From: Gammaproteobacteria bacterium
GTDB taxonomy: Bacteria; Pseudomonadota; Gammaproteobacteria; Acidiferrobacterales; SZUA-150
DNA length: 46,049 nt
Direction: 5' to 3'
NCBI GenBank assembly: GCA_029880755.1
Contig: JAOUNW010000002.1
Coordinates: 1 to 46,049, forward strand
A program made the position numbers and the translations under genes. The notes beneath the pieces are model-generated. The model made no database searches, had not been told where the DNA came from, and saw nothing but the letters and a program-made list of their open reading frames with translations. Positions 26,052-34,775 of the stretch are shown here, in pieces. The stretch's first letter is position 1, and each line of letters starts with the position of its first letter.

Positions 26052-26165
26052 ATGCAGAGCAAACACCCCTGCGCTCAATACATCCGCTTTCCCGGCAAAA
26101 CCCGTCATTGGACCGGCAACTCCTTGCGGGACAAGGAGCGGAAATTTTTCTCCACTGTCCCATAG
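26052..26165 (+). CDS. Candidate small ORF (37 aa, MQSKHPCAQYIRFPGKTRHWTGNSLRDKERKFFSTVP) preceding dsrN
   Basis: It is below the ORF-track length cutoff. GGAGG at 26041-26045 lies 6 nt before the ATG. Its TAG (26163-26165) is 4 nt before the dsrN ATG, which has no SD of its own. Confidence 0.35.
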   Translation: MQSKHPCAQYIRFPGKTRHWTGNSLRDKERKFFSTVP

Positions 26166-26169
26166 CAAC

Positions 26170-27570
26170 ATGTCGCGACTACTCATCTCCGCTGCGCACA
26201 AGTCCTCCGGTAAAACCACTATAACACTTGGATTGTGTGCCGCGCTGTCCCGCCGAGGAATGGCAGTACAACCCTTTAAAAAGGGCCCCGATTACATTGA
26301 TCCCTTGTGGCTTTCAATGGCCGCAGACCGCACCTGCTTTAATCTGGATTTTTATACGCAGAGCCACGAGGAAATTCTGACTACCTATGCTCGGGCCGCA
26401 CGGGATGCTGATATCAGTATCGTCGAAGGCAACAAGGGGCTTTATGATGGCACTGATCTTGAGGGCAGCAACAGCAGTGCCGCCCTGGCATCGTTGCTGG
26501 GAACACCCATCGTGCTGGTCATAGACACCCAGGGCATTACCCGTAGCGTCGCACCCTTATTGTTAGGATTTCAGTCTTTTGATCGCGACATCAATATTGC
26601 CGGGGTAATATTAAACAAGGTAGGGGGCAGCCGTCATGAGTCCAAACTCAGAGCGGTTATTGAGCGTTATACCGACATACCGGTACTGGGAGCAGTACAG
26701 CGAGACCCCCAACTGGAGATCAAGGAACGTCATCTGGGCTTAATCCCCAGTAACGAACTAAGCCAGGCAAGCCAGACCATTTCCACTATCGCGGATCATA
26801 TTGCCAAGCAGGTTGAGCTGGATAAATTACTCGACATTGCCCGGCAAGCCAGACCACTCCCGGATAATTTTAGTGACACACAGACGGCCACAGCTGCACT
26901 CGACATTAAATTGGGAATTGCCCGTGATGCCGCCTTTGGCTTTTATTATCCCGATGATCTGGCCGCACTCTCTGCGGCCGGCGCGAAACTGGTGAACATT
27001 GATACTCTACAAGACTCACACTTGCCGGAAATTGATGGATTGTTTATTGGTGGCGGTTTTCCAGAAACACATATGAAACAACTGGAGGCTAACGTGAGTT
27101 TACGCCGCGAAATCAGGCAAGCTATCGAAAATGGCATGCCCGTGTATGCAGAGTGCGGTGGCCTGATGTACCTGGCACGTAAAATTTGCTGGCACGATGA
27201 GCAGGCGGAAATGGTGGGCATTATCCCCGCCGACGTTATCATGCATAACCGCCCCGTCGGACGCGGCTATACACTTCTGGAAGAAACCGATCATCTGCCT
27301 TGGCGACACGCCAATGGTGAACCCATTCATGCCCACGAGTTTCACTACTCCGAACTTCGTGGTCTGAGCAACACGGCGCAATTCGCCTATCGTGTGTTAC
27401 GCGGTACAGGAATCCAGCATGGCATGGACGGTTACGTCTATAAAAATCTGGTTGCTACTTACACGCACCAACGCCATGTAAGAAAGAGCCCGTGGGCTAC
27501 ACGGTTTATTGAATTTGTTCGTCAAACCAGGCACTCTACTCAACATCGACACCAGAAATTAGGTGTCTGA
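26170..27570 (+). CDS. dsrN: DsrN, cobyrinate a,c-diamide synthase-like (siroheme amidase)
   Basis: CobB/CbiA N-terminal P-loop (ISAAHKSSGKTT) and a C-terminal glutamine amidotransferase domain (YAECGGLMYL). Canonical dsr position. Confidence 0.9.
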   Translation: MSRLLISAAHKSSGKTTITLGLCAALSRRGMAVQPFKKGPDYIDPLWLSMAADRTCFNLDFYTQSHEEILTTYARAARDADISIVEGNKGLYDGTDLEGSNSSAALASLLGTPIVLVIDTQGITRSVAPLLLGFQSFDRDINIAGVILNKVGGSRHESKLRAVIERYTDIPVLGAVQRDPQLEIKERHLGLIPSNELSQASQTISTIADHIAKQVELDKLLDIARQARPLPDNFSDTQTATAALDIKLGIARDAAFGFYYPDDLAALSAAGAKLVNIDTLQDSHLPEIDGLFIGGGFPETHMKQLEANVSLRREIRQAIENGMPVYAECGGLMYLARKICWHDEQAEMVGIIPADVIMHNRPVGRGYTLLEETDHLPWRHANGEPIHAHEFHYSELRGLSNTAQFAYRVLRGTGIQHGMDGYVYKNLVATYTHQRHVRKSPWATRFIEFVRQTRHSTQHRHQKLGV

Positions 27571-27595
27571 TAACCAACCAGACTCAGGAGTTGTT

Positions 27596-27928
27596 ATGAT
27601 TAAGTTAACGCCAACCGCCGCCTCAGAAATTCAGAACCAGGCCAAACAGGGGAACATGGAGGGACTAGCCTTGCGGGTAGCGGTAAGAGCTGATGACAGC
27701 GGCGCTTTCGAATATGGGATTGGCTTTGATGAAGCCGGCGAATCGGATATCAGCATTGAATCAGAAGGAGTTACCTTGCTGATCGCTCCCGTCAATGAGG
27801 AGATGTTAAAAGGCGCGACAATCGACTATGTCGAGATCGAGCCGGGAAAATTTCATTTTATTTTTCTCAATCCCAACGACCCCAACTACGTCCCACCCAG
27901 CGGGCACGATTCCGGTCTCGATAGCTAA
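27596..27928 (+). CDS. dsrR: DsrR, IscA-like protein without the Fe-S ligating cysteines
   Basis: MIKLTPTAA...LRVAV...GFD...EGV.LLIAP...DYVE.EPG.FHFIFLNPNDPNY.PPSG is collinear with A. vinosum DsrR as recalled. AGGAG at 27586-27590 lies 5 nt before the ATG at 27596. Confidence 0.85.
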   Translation: MIKLTPTAASEIQNQAKQGNMEGLALRVAVRADDSGAFEYGIGFDEAGESDISIESEGVTLLIAPVNEEMLKGATIDYVEIEPGKFHFIFLNPNDPNYVPPSGHDSGLDS

Positions 27929-27938
27929 CCTATACCCA

Positions 27939-27956
27939 GCCTGGTATTCCAGGCTT
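27939..27956 (+). terminator. Possible weak terminator at the end of the dsr operon
   Basis: AGCCTGG-TATT-CCAGGCT (7-bp stem) followed by TTCT. The U-tract is poor. Confidence 0.35.
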
Positions 27957-28023
27957 TCTGCCCCCATTCGTTGGGGATATCCGTACTGTACCCAAGGTAG
28001 TAAGACCGGATATAGTTAGCATC

Positions 28024-29646
28024 ATGCAAGCATACAAGCCCACTATGATCGCCAATCCAGAGGCCAATTCCGGGGGGCGTCTTGGGATTTTTACTTTATT
28101 ATTCATTGTGTTAGGTCTTACACTTGGATTCATCGCGGCCGGCAGTGTATTTAATGCCATCAATCCCCTCTATAGTGACATCGTGGCCACGGGCCAGTTG
28201 GTGCTATTGGGCGTCGCTATTGCCCTGCTGGCAGTCATCGGCCACCGGTTCCACAAACAGGTTCTGAAACCCATCGCTCACCTCCATCAGTGGTCTCAGC
28301 GTATCCGCGCCGGCGATCTTGCCACACCAATACCCGCCCCCGGTTACAGCTCTCTGCAGGACACCATTGAGGACATCAATAATCTGAGCCGGGAGCTGGG
28401 CAGCCTGACCGATGAATTTGATGTCAAGGTACGAGCGCAAACGGAACATATCGGCGCCAAATCCCGGTCTCTGGAAATTCTGTACGACATTGCTACCGAC
28501 TTGAGTACGGCGCGCAATCTTGACGAATTACTGGAACAATTTCTTGATACATTGATGGTGCTGGTGGACGCCCGCGCCGCCTCCGTGCGGTTATTAACAG
28601 AAGATAACAACACCCGTCTCGTTGCCAGCCGGGGTTTCGCACCTGACGTTATCAAACATGAACAGGTCATTGATGTGAATCGTTGCTTGTGTGGCCGCAT
28701 TGCTCAGTACGGCGGTTTTGGTATTCAGAAAGGCGTCGCCGAATGCGAAAAGGTGCTCGGTTGTGCCATTCTCAAGGAAGACTGCAGCGAATTGATTGTC
28801 GTGCCGTTGCAGTATCGTGACCGCATTTTGGGTGTTTACAATCTGTTTCTGGATCGTCCCAGCGCCGAGCTCGGAAGGGATGCTCGTGATTTATTAAACA
28901 GTATAGGAAAACACCTTGGGCTTGCCGTAGAGAAATCGCGCCTGGATAATAACGAACGTCTGCTTGCCGTCATGGAAGAACGTAATATCATCGGCAATGA
29001 ATTACACGATTCTCTGGCACAATCTTTGGTTAGCATGCGCTTGCAAGTAAAAATGCTCGGTGAGATTTTACACAAAAAAGATATTCGCTCAGCCCAGAAT
29101 GAAGTCAGGCGTCTTAACGCCGCCGTGGAAGAGGCCCACCACAGTCTCCGGGAACTGTTATCGAATTTCCGTTCACGCATGGACGAACGCGGTCTGGTCC
29201 CGGCAGTGGAAGATCTGGTACGACAATTCAAGGAAGAGACCGGCGTTGCCGTGTTTCTGCAAAAAGAATCCCTGCAATTTACTTTTACTCCCTTCCAGGA
29301 AGTGCAAATATTCCGCATTATTCAGGAAGCCCTGGCAAATATCCGAAAACACAGCAATGCCTGTAACGTTCGGATTTTGTTACAGAGCAGTAACAACTCC
29401 CATTTCAATGTACTGATTGAGGATGATGGCCTGGGTATTATCGAAACACCATCATCCACCCGCCCGGGGGAGAATATTGGCCTAAGCATTATGCGTGAGC
29501 GGGCAACACGCCTGAATGGTAAGCTCACTATCGAGAGCGAACCCGGTGAAGGCACGCGAGTAAGACTCTCCTGCCCTATTAATCTCTCACTATCTGCTAC
29601 CAGCGAACCTTTAGGAAATCCTGACAATGCGCGTACTACTCATTGA
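28024..29646 (+). CDS. NarX/NarQ-family sensor histidine kinase (2 TM, HAMP, Cys-rich GAF, HisKA_3, HATPase)
   Basis: Two N-terminal TM helices with a short loop. HisKA_3 H-box ELHDSLAQSL. ATPase N/G boxes (EALANIRKHS, IEDDGLGI, GLSIMRERA). The GAF-like region carries 5 Cys within 34 residues. Confidence 0.85.
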   Translation: MQAYKPTMIANPEANSGGRLGIFTLLFIVLGLTLGFIAAGSVFNAINPLYSDIVATGQLVLLGVAIALLAVIGHRFHKQVLKPIAHLHQWSQRIRAGDLATPIPAPGYSSLQDTIEDINNLSRELGSLTDEFDVKVRAQTEHIGAKSRSLEILYDIATDLSTARNLDELLEQFLDTLMVLVDARAASVRLLTEDNNTRLVASRGFAPDVIKHEQVIDVNRCLCGRIAQYGGFGIQKGVAECEKVLGCAILKEDCSELIVVPLQYRDRILGVYNLFLDRPSAELGRDARDLLNSIGKHLGLAVEKSRLDNNERLLAVMEERNIIGNELHDSLAQSLVSMRLQVKMLGEILHKKDIRSAQNEVRRLNAAVEEAHHSLRELLSNFRSRMDERGLVPAVEDLVRQFKEETGVAVFLQKESLQFTFTPFQEVQIFRIIQEALANIRKHSNACNVRILLQSSNNSHFNVLIEDDGLGIIETPSSTRPGENIGLSIMRERATRLNGKLTIESEPGEGTRVRLSCPINLSLSATSEPLGNPDNARTTH

Positions 29647-30295
29647 CGATCACTCCCTGGTACGCAAGGGGCTGGAAGCCCTGTTGAACAGCCGTAACAT
29701 CGAGGTAGCAGCCTCCGTGGGTACCGGCGCGGAAGGTATCGAGAAGGCCATTGAGTTGTCGCCGGATATTATCCTGCTGGATGTGAAAATGCCGGAAATG
29801 GGTGGGCTTGAAACGCTCAAGGTGCTTAGGGAACAGGGCGTGGAAATTCCTGTCCTGATGCTCACCATGAGTCGGGACGAAAATGACTTACAAGAGGCGC
29901 TGCGCATGGGGGCGCAAGGTTATCTGCTTAAAGACATGGATCCGGAGGATCTGGTGCCGGCACTCAACTCCGCCATACAAGGTGACAATGTCGTCGCCAA
30001 GGAACTTATCGGCGCCCTCACCCGTATTATCCAGGGAAAAACCGAGGATTCCGGCACGCCGGAGCCTGCAACACCGTTATCAGAACTCACACCCCGGGAA
30101 CAAGAAATTCTAAGTCATATCGCCGAAGGCCAAAGCAATAAAGTCATTGCCCGGGCATTGGAGATAACTGACGGCACAGTCAAACTGCACGTGAAATCCA
30201 TTTTACGCAAACTGGGGGTGCATTCGCGAGTAGAAGCAGCCGTCATTGCCGTGGAAAACAAGCTGAACAAAAATTCGCCGGAAGAAACTTCCTAA
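29627..30295 (+). CDS. NarL/FixJ-family response regulator (REC + LuxR-type HTH)
   Basis: MRVLLIDDH..., phospho-acceptor context ILLDVKMP, and a C-terminal LTPREQEIL...GQSNK.IA..L.I...TVK.H. There is a 20-nt overlap with the kinase gene. Confidence 0.9.
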   Translation: MRVLLIDDHSLVRKGLEALLNSRNIEVAASVGTGAEGIEKAIELSPDIILLDVKMPEMGGLETLKVLREQGVEIPVLMLTMSRDENDLQEALRMGAQGYLLKDMDPEDLVPALNSAIQGDNVVAKELIGALTRIIQGKTEDSGTPEPATPLSELTPREQEILSHIAEGQSNKVIARALEITDGTVKLHVKSILRKLGVHSRVEAAVIAVENKLNKNSPEETS

Positions 30296-30393
30296 CAATC
30301 TGGCAATAAATCTCTCCTTGATTAATTATTCCCCGGTTTATTCGGCGCAAAACACCTTGCAAGAGCACCCCGCGTTCGAAATGGCCAGCGAGA

Positions 30394-31788
30394 TCAGTCA
30401 GTCGGCTGAAACCAGTTGAGTTTGCTTCGTAGTCTGACCACCTCACCCACTATAATAAGTGTCGGCGCCTTGATGTCCTGGTTCTTCACCACCCCTGGCA
30501 TAGTGGCCAACGTTCCCTCATAGACCCGTTGATGCTGGGTTGTGCCCTGCTGCACCAGTGCGATAGGCATCTCCGGCGAAACACCGTGGTTAATCAGCTC
30601 ACGGCACAGAGGCTCAATGGCCACCAGCCCCATATAGATAACAATGGTCTGCCTCGGTTGCACCAGCCCTTCCCAATTGAGGTTCACGGTACCGTCTTTC
30701 AAATGCCCTGTAACAAAGGATACCGACTGAGAGTAATCCCGGTGGGTTAATGGAATGCCAGCGTAAGAGGCGCAACCGGAGGCGGCGGTAATACCGGGCA
30801 CCACCTGAAACGGCACCCCTTCCTGCATTAGCAATTCGATTTCCTCGCCACCCCGGCCAAAAATAAACGGGTCCCCCCCTTTCAGACGGCATACCCGGTG
30901 CCCCTCTTTGGCCAGACGCACCAACAGGTGATTTATCTCTTCCTGGGGAATAGCATGGTTGTTTCGTTCCTTGCCGGCATAGATGCGCTCGGCATCCCGG
31001 CGCACCAGATCCAGCACCTCGGGCGACACCAGGCGGTCATGCACCACCACGTCCGCCTGCTGCATTAAACGCAAGGCCCGGAAGGTCAGGAGATCGGGAT
31101 CACCAGGGCCGCCACCCACGAGATAGACTTCTCCCATCTTGCTGTCAGTCGCGGCACTCCCCTGAGCCAATTCCGCTTCCATATCAGCTTCAGCGGCCTG
31201 ATCCTGACCGGCGAATACCTTTTCGGCAATCGGCCCCTGCAAAACCTTTTCCCAGAATTTGCGCCGGGCATTGACGGAATCAAACCGTGCCTTCACCTTG
31301 TCCCGGAATTTGGCCATCATCGCTGCCAGTCTTCCGTAAGACGCCGGCACCAGCGTCTCGATCTTGGCGCGGATTAACCTGGCCAACACAGGCGAGTCGC
31401 CACCCGTCGACACAGCCACCACCACCGGTGAGCGATCCACAATAGAGGGTACAATAAAGGTGCAAAGATGCGGGGTGTCCACCACATTTACCGGAATGTT
31501 CTTCGCTTTCGCGGCCGCCGCTACCGCTTCATTGACCCCAGCATCATCGGTCGCGGCAATCACCAGGGCATAGTCTCCCATGTGCTCCGGTTGAAATTGC
31601 GCAGGTATATGGGTAATTTCACCGGCTTTCACCCCGGTTGCCAGGCTGACCCCCAGTTCCGGTGAAACCACGGTTACTTTTGCGCCTGCTTTTTGGAGTA
31701 ACGCCACTTTGCGGGCAGCGACTTCACCGCCGCCCACGACCATGCAGGGGAGACCCCTTACCTGATAGAATATCGGAAGATAATTCAT
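30394..31788 (-). CDS. cysG: Siroheme synthase (precorrin-2 dehydrogenase / sirohydrochlorin ferrochelatase / uroporphyrinogen-III methyltransferase)
   Basis: The N-terminal NAD-binding segment ([24 protein letters not shown]) and the C-terminal SAM methyltransferase ([31 protein letters not shown]) are typical of CysG. Confidence 0.9.
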   Translation of the reverse strand: MNYLPIFYQVRGLPCMVVGGGEVAARKVALLQKAGAKVTVVSPELGVSLATGVKAGEITHIPAQFQPEHMGDYALVIAATDDAGVNEAVAAAAKAKNIPVNVVDTPHLCTFIVPSIVDRSPVVVAVSTGGDSPVLARLIRAKIETLVPASYGRLAAMMAKFRDKVKARFDSVNARRKFWEKVLQGPIAEKVFAGQDQAAEADMEAELAQGSAATDSKMGEVYLVGGGPGDPDLLTFRALRLMQQADVVVHDRLVSPEVLDLVRRDAERIYAGKERNNHAIPQEEINHLLVRLAKEGHRVCRLKGGDPFIFGRGGEEIELLMQEGVPFQVVPGITAASGCASYAGIPLTHRDYSQSVSFVTGHLKDGTVNLNWEGLVQPRQTIVIYMGLVAIEPLCRELINHGVSPEMPIALVQQGTTQHQRVYEGTLATMPGVVKNQDIKAPTLIIVGEVVRLRSKLNWFQPTD

Positions 31789-31963
31789 ATTATTCTACAT
31801 AATAAAATCCACGGTAGAATAACACGTGTTTCAATCTAAGATAATACTAAATTTGTTGCAGGCATTCCTTTGAAGGATGTAAATTAAATTTATGCCTTCG
31901 ATTCCTGCATCACTATACAAAGCCGCTCTATTGTAACCAGTCTTCAGGGTGATTATGCGGCTC

Positions 31964-33751
31964 CTAATCTTTTAAAACATGTCGACCATGTAGTTTCAGA
32001 AACAACAGGTAAAACACTACCAGAATCCAAGATCCCGCCAAAGATTCATTACTCTTCCGAAGAGATAAAGCGCATCCCGACGAACTACTGGCATCAACAA
32101 TTCCCTCATTATCTAATGGGGCCATTTGCACTGCACCACCAGCTATATCGATATTACCATTCACGGTCAAATCTGAATCGCCACGCCCCCCATCAACAAG
32201 ATGTAATTTCACGATATTACCTGTGATAATCGCACCTGTTGTGCCGTCAAAGCTAAACTCATACCAGTGATACTCCATATTATCGGCGGTCCTACCATAA
32301 AGATAGTATGAGTCTAGCTTTACCCCCTCTGGAAAGATTAACTCCACCACTACCTTGCCCTCCGGGGAGGAAATATTTTTCACAACAACCCACTGTACGC
32401 CTTGAGAAAATAATATGTATTGATCCCCAGGAAATGATTGGTCGTTAACTGTCGGACCGATGTTTGCGGGGTTCTGCTCAGTGACCTCTATTATCGTTCC
32501 CTCTGGTGAAATATAGGTGATCATATTTCCAAAAATATTTGGTATAGAGTCTACGTTTGGCGGATCTATTAGATTAACCGGCGCCCCTAGACCCATGCTT
32601 ATTGTTCCATTAATTGACAGGTCGCTGTCTCCCCTCTGCCCATCGACCAGATGTATTATCAAGACATTATCCAGGAACTCAACGCCTGTGCCTGTGTTTT
32701 TGTCATAATTGAATTCATACCAATGATCCTCGAGATTATCTGGTGTTTTGCCGTAGACGTAATAACCGCCCGGTCTGGATAGCTCTGGCAATATGGCTAT
32801 TATCTCTACGGAACCATCGCCTGAATTAACAGATTCTACGCGAATCTGCTGTATACCCTGGAATATCTCCACGATCTTATAGTCTTTATCTGGTGCACCA
32901 ATAACATCTATCACGGCAGGATCTATTTCATCCACCAATAACACATCACCGCTCTTGAAAGTAAAAAACGATAAATATCTCTGGTTGCTGTTCCATATGG
33001 ACGTAACATTCATTTGATCCTGATCGGGTATATTATCACTGTTCGCATCCTCAAAAACACTAGTCAACAGTACTAGATTGTCCTGCATAATTGGTATATC
33101 AGGATTGGTATAATTAACTACTGGCACCTCGCAATAGGGTCCTTTGGAAGTGCTGTAATATGAACAATCTGATAAAGGTGGTGCATTCAGATTATATCGA
33201 GGAAATCCATTTATATTATCCACCACCGTCATCCCATTCTCTCTCACCTTACCGAATACGGTAAACCCACCATCTGTATAGTCGAGGAAACTAGAGTTGT
33301 CGCCCATATTAAAGAACCACTGGGTTGTAGCACTATTCTCAATTCCTCCTTTTCTCGCCATTGCAATGGTGCCCCTAACATTCGATAGTCCTGGTTCATT
33401 TAATATTGCACCTAGCGATAATACGCTTGGGTATACGTAATTTGGAGCAGTCATAACGTCCCCCCACTCGCTACCTGCCCAATAGTAACCGCCTCCTTGC
33501 ACCACAAAACCCGGATCACTTCTATGTATAAAAGTATTGTTGTATGCCCCACTGGAAACATAATAGAGAAAATTCTTCACCGTAATAGGCGCGTTCCCAT
33601 CATATAGCTCCAATGGTATATCACCTGCAGTGGTCTGCATCTTAACTAGTGGTTTGGAATAACTATTATTAGATGCTACACATAAAATAATAATAAGCAG
33701 ATACTTGCTATGGTCAGTTATTCGACTCTTTATCTCTTCTACAAACCTCAT
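31964..33751 (-). CDS. Secreted cyclophilin-type peptidyl-prolyl isomerase fused to two choice-of-anchor-like repeats and a C-terminal hydrophobic anchor
   Basis: Cyclophilin motifs: FIHRSDPGFVVQGGG, GTIAMAR...SATTQWFFN, FTVFGKV..GMTVVDNI. A module of about 100 aa is duplicated, ending YY.YG.T.DN.E.HWYEF.....TG......N...(I/L)HLVDG.RGDSDL..NG.I. The tail is SSSSGCAL..., then a TM helix, then KLHGRH. The start was set at the ATG at 33751; the listed TTG is at 33853. Confidence 0.7.
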   Translation of the reverse strand: MRFVEEIKSRITDHSKYLLIIILCVASNNSYSKPLVKMQTTAGDIPLELYDGNAPITVKNFLYYVSSGAYNNTFIHRSDPGFVVQGGGYYWAGSEWGDVMTAPNYVYPSVLSLGAILNEPGLSNVRGTIAMARKGGIENSATTQWFFNMGDNSSFLDYTDGGFTVFGKVRENGMTVVDNINGFPRYNLNAPPLSDCSYYSTSKGPYCEVPVVNYTNPDIPIMQDNLVLLTSVFEDANSDNIPDQDQMNVTSIWNSNQRYLSFFTFKSGDVLLVDEIDPAVIDVIGAPDKDYKIVEIFQGIQQIRVESVNSGDGSVEIIAILPELSRPGGYYVYGKTPDNLEDHWYEFNYDKNTGTGVEFLDNVLIIHLVDGQRGDSDLSINGTISMGLGAPVNLIDPPNVDSIPNIFGNMITYISPEGTIIEVTEQNPANIGPTVNDQSFPGDQYILFSQGVQWVVVKNISSPEGKVVVELIFPEGVKLDSYYLYGRTADNMEYHWYEFSFDGTTGAIITGNIVKLHLVDGGRGDSDLTVNGNIDIAGGAVQMAPLDNEGIVDASSSSGCALSLRKSNESLAGSWILVVFYLLFLKLHGRHVLKD

Positions 33752-33865
33752 AAACACACCCCTACCTACTGCTTGGAAATACTTGATACACGCTACATTA
33801 GACCGTAGATATACTTCGATCTCATATTCGAATCGAATCTGGCTCCTCCGCAAGCATTCCTGTTG

Positions 33866-34756
33866 CTATCCTATCCAATTGACTCCTTTGCGATAATCCA
33901 ATGTAGCGTTTATACCCGGGATTGGGTTCCCGTTAATATCAAACGCTTCAATGCTTAGAATTGATAGTGAGTCTGGTATTTGGAACCCCTGATCCGCTAC
34001 AACATATATTTTAAATTCGTCCAGGTTGGATAGCGCCTGGAGTTTGGCTGGAGTTATAATGATATCTGCCACACCGGCATTGTCCCGCCACGCTACATTC
34101 TTTATATCCCCTCTCGGGTTGACTACATGTGCAAAAACACTGGTGTGCTGGAGCTTTACCTGGATAGCGTAAGGCACAACAGAACCGCTGAAATTAACCT
34201 CGTAACTATTAACACGCGCCAGGGAGGCAAGCTGATTCTGCGTTAATGGCCCTGATAGCTCCGCTTCAAAATCTTCTGGGCTACCTACCCCATCCACAAC
34301 CAATACATCGGAGCTAGCCACCTCACCTTGGGGATTTGATATCTCTATATTTGCAGTACCAACTGGCAGAGTTGCGGGCAGGTCAACATAAACTGTGGTC
34401 TGCCACCAATCTTTGTCGTTTCCTGTAAAATTAGAGCTAACTAATTGTGCATAAACTTGCGCAGAATTTGTCAGGTCTTGACTAATTTGTTGAGACACAA
34501 TAATGCTTGATACTGGATCTGGATAAAGATTGATTACACCACGTATAGCTGGACTACCTGGACTATATACAACCGGCACTCCTACTGATGGAGTAATTGT
34601 GACTGTGATATTGTTTGCAGCAAAGTGGTGTTTCCATCCTGCTGCCACCACTACAGTGTCGCCAGCTCTAACCGTGCTTGGGAATGTCTTAACCCCAGCA
34701 CACGCCGAAAGCAGCAAACCGACAAGCGAGAAAAACAGAATATTTATTTTGGTCAT
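33866..34756 (-). CDS. Lipoprotein of unknown family (296 aa)
   Basis: Lipobox LLSAC at residues 15-19. AGGAGGG SD. It lies 19 nt downstream of the S8 protease gene. Confidence 0.65.
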   Translation of the reverse strand: MTKINILFFSLVGLLLSACAGVKTFPSTVRAGDTVVVAAGWKHHFAANNITVTITPSVGVPVVYSPGSPAIRGVINLYPDPVSSIIVSQQISQDLTNSAQVYAQLVSSNFTGNDKDWWQTTVYVDLPATLPVGTANIEISNPQGEVASSDVLVVDGVGSPEDFEAELSGPLTQNQLASLARVNSYEVNFSGSVVPYAIQVKLQHTSVFAHVVNPRGDIKNVAWRDNAGVADIIITPAKLQALSNLDEFKIYVVADQGFQIPDSLSILSIEAFDINGNPIPGINATLDYRKGVNWIG

Positions 34757-34775
34757 TATAATCCCTCCTATTTCA

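Noticed and set aside
31860-31920. Imperfect two-segment inverted repeat (TGCAGG...GAAGG / CCTTC...CCTGCA) between the PPIase gene end and the cysG start
   Set aside because: The pairing is interrupted and no U-tract follows on the minus strand. This is insufficient to call a terminator or operator.
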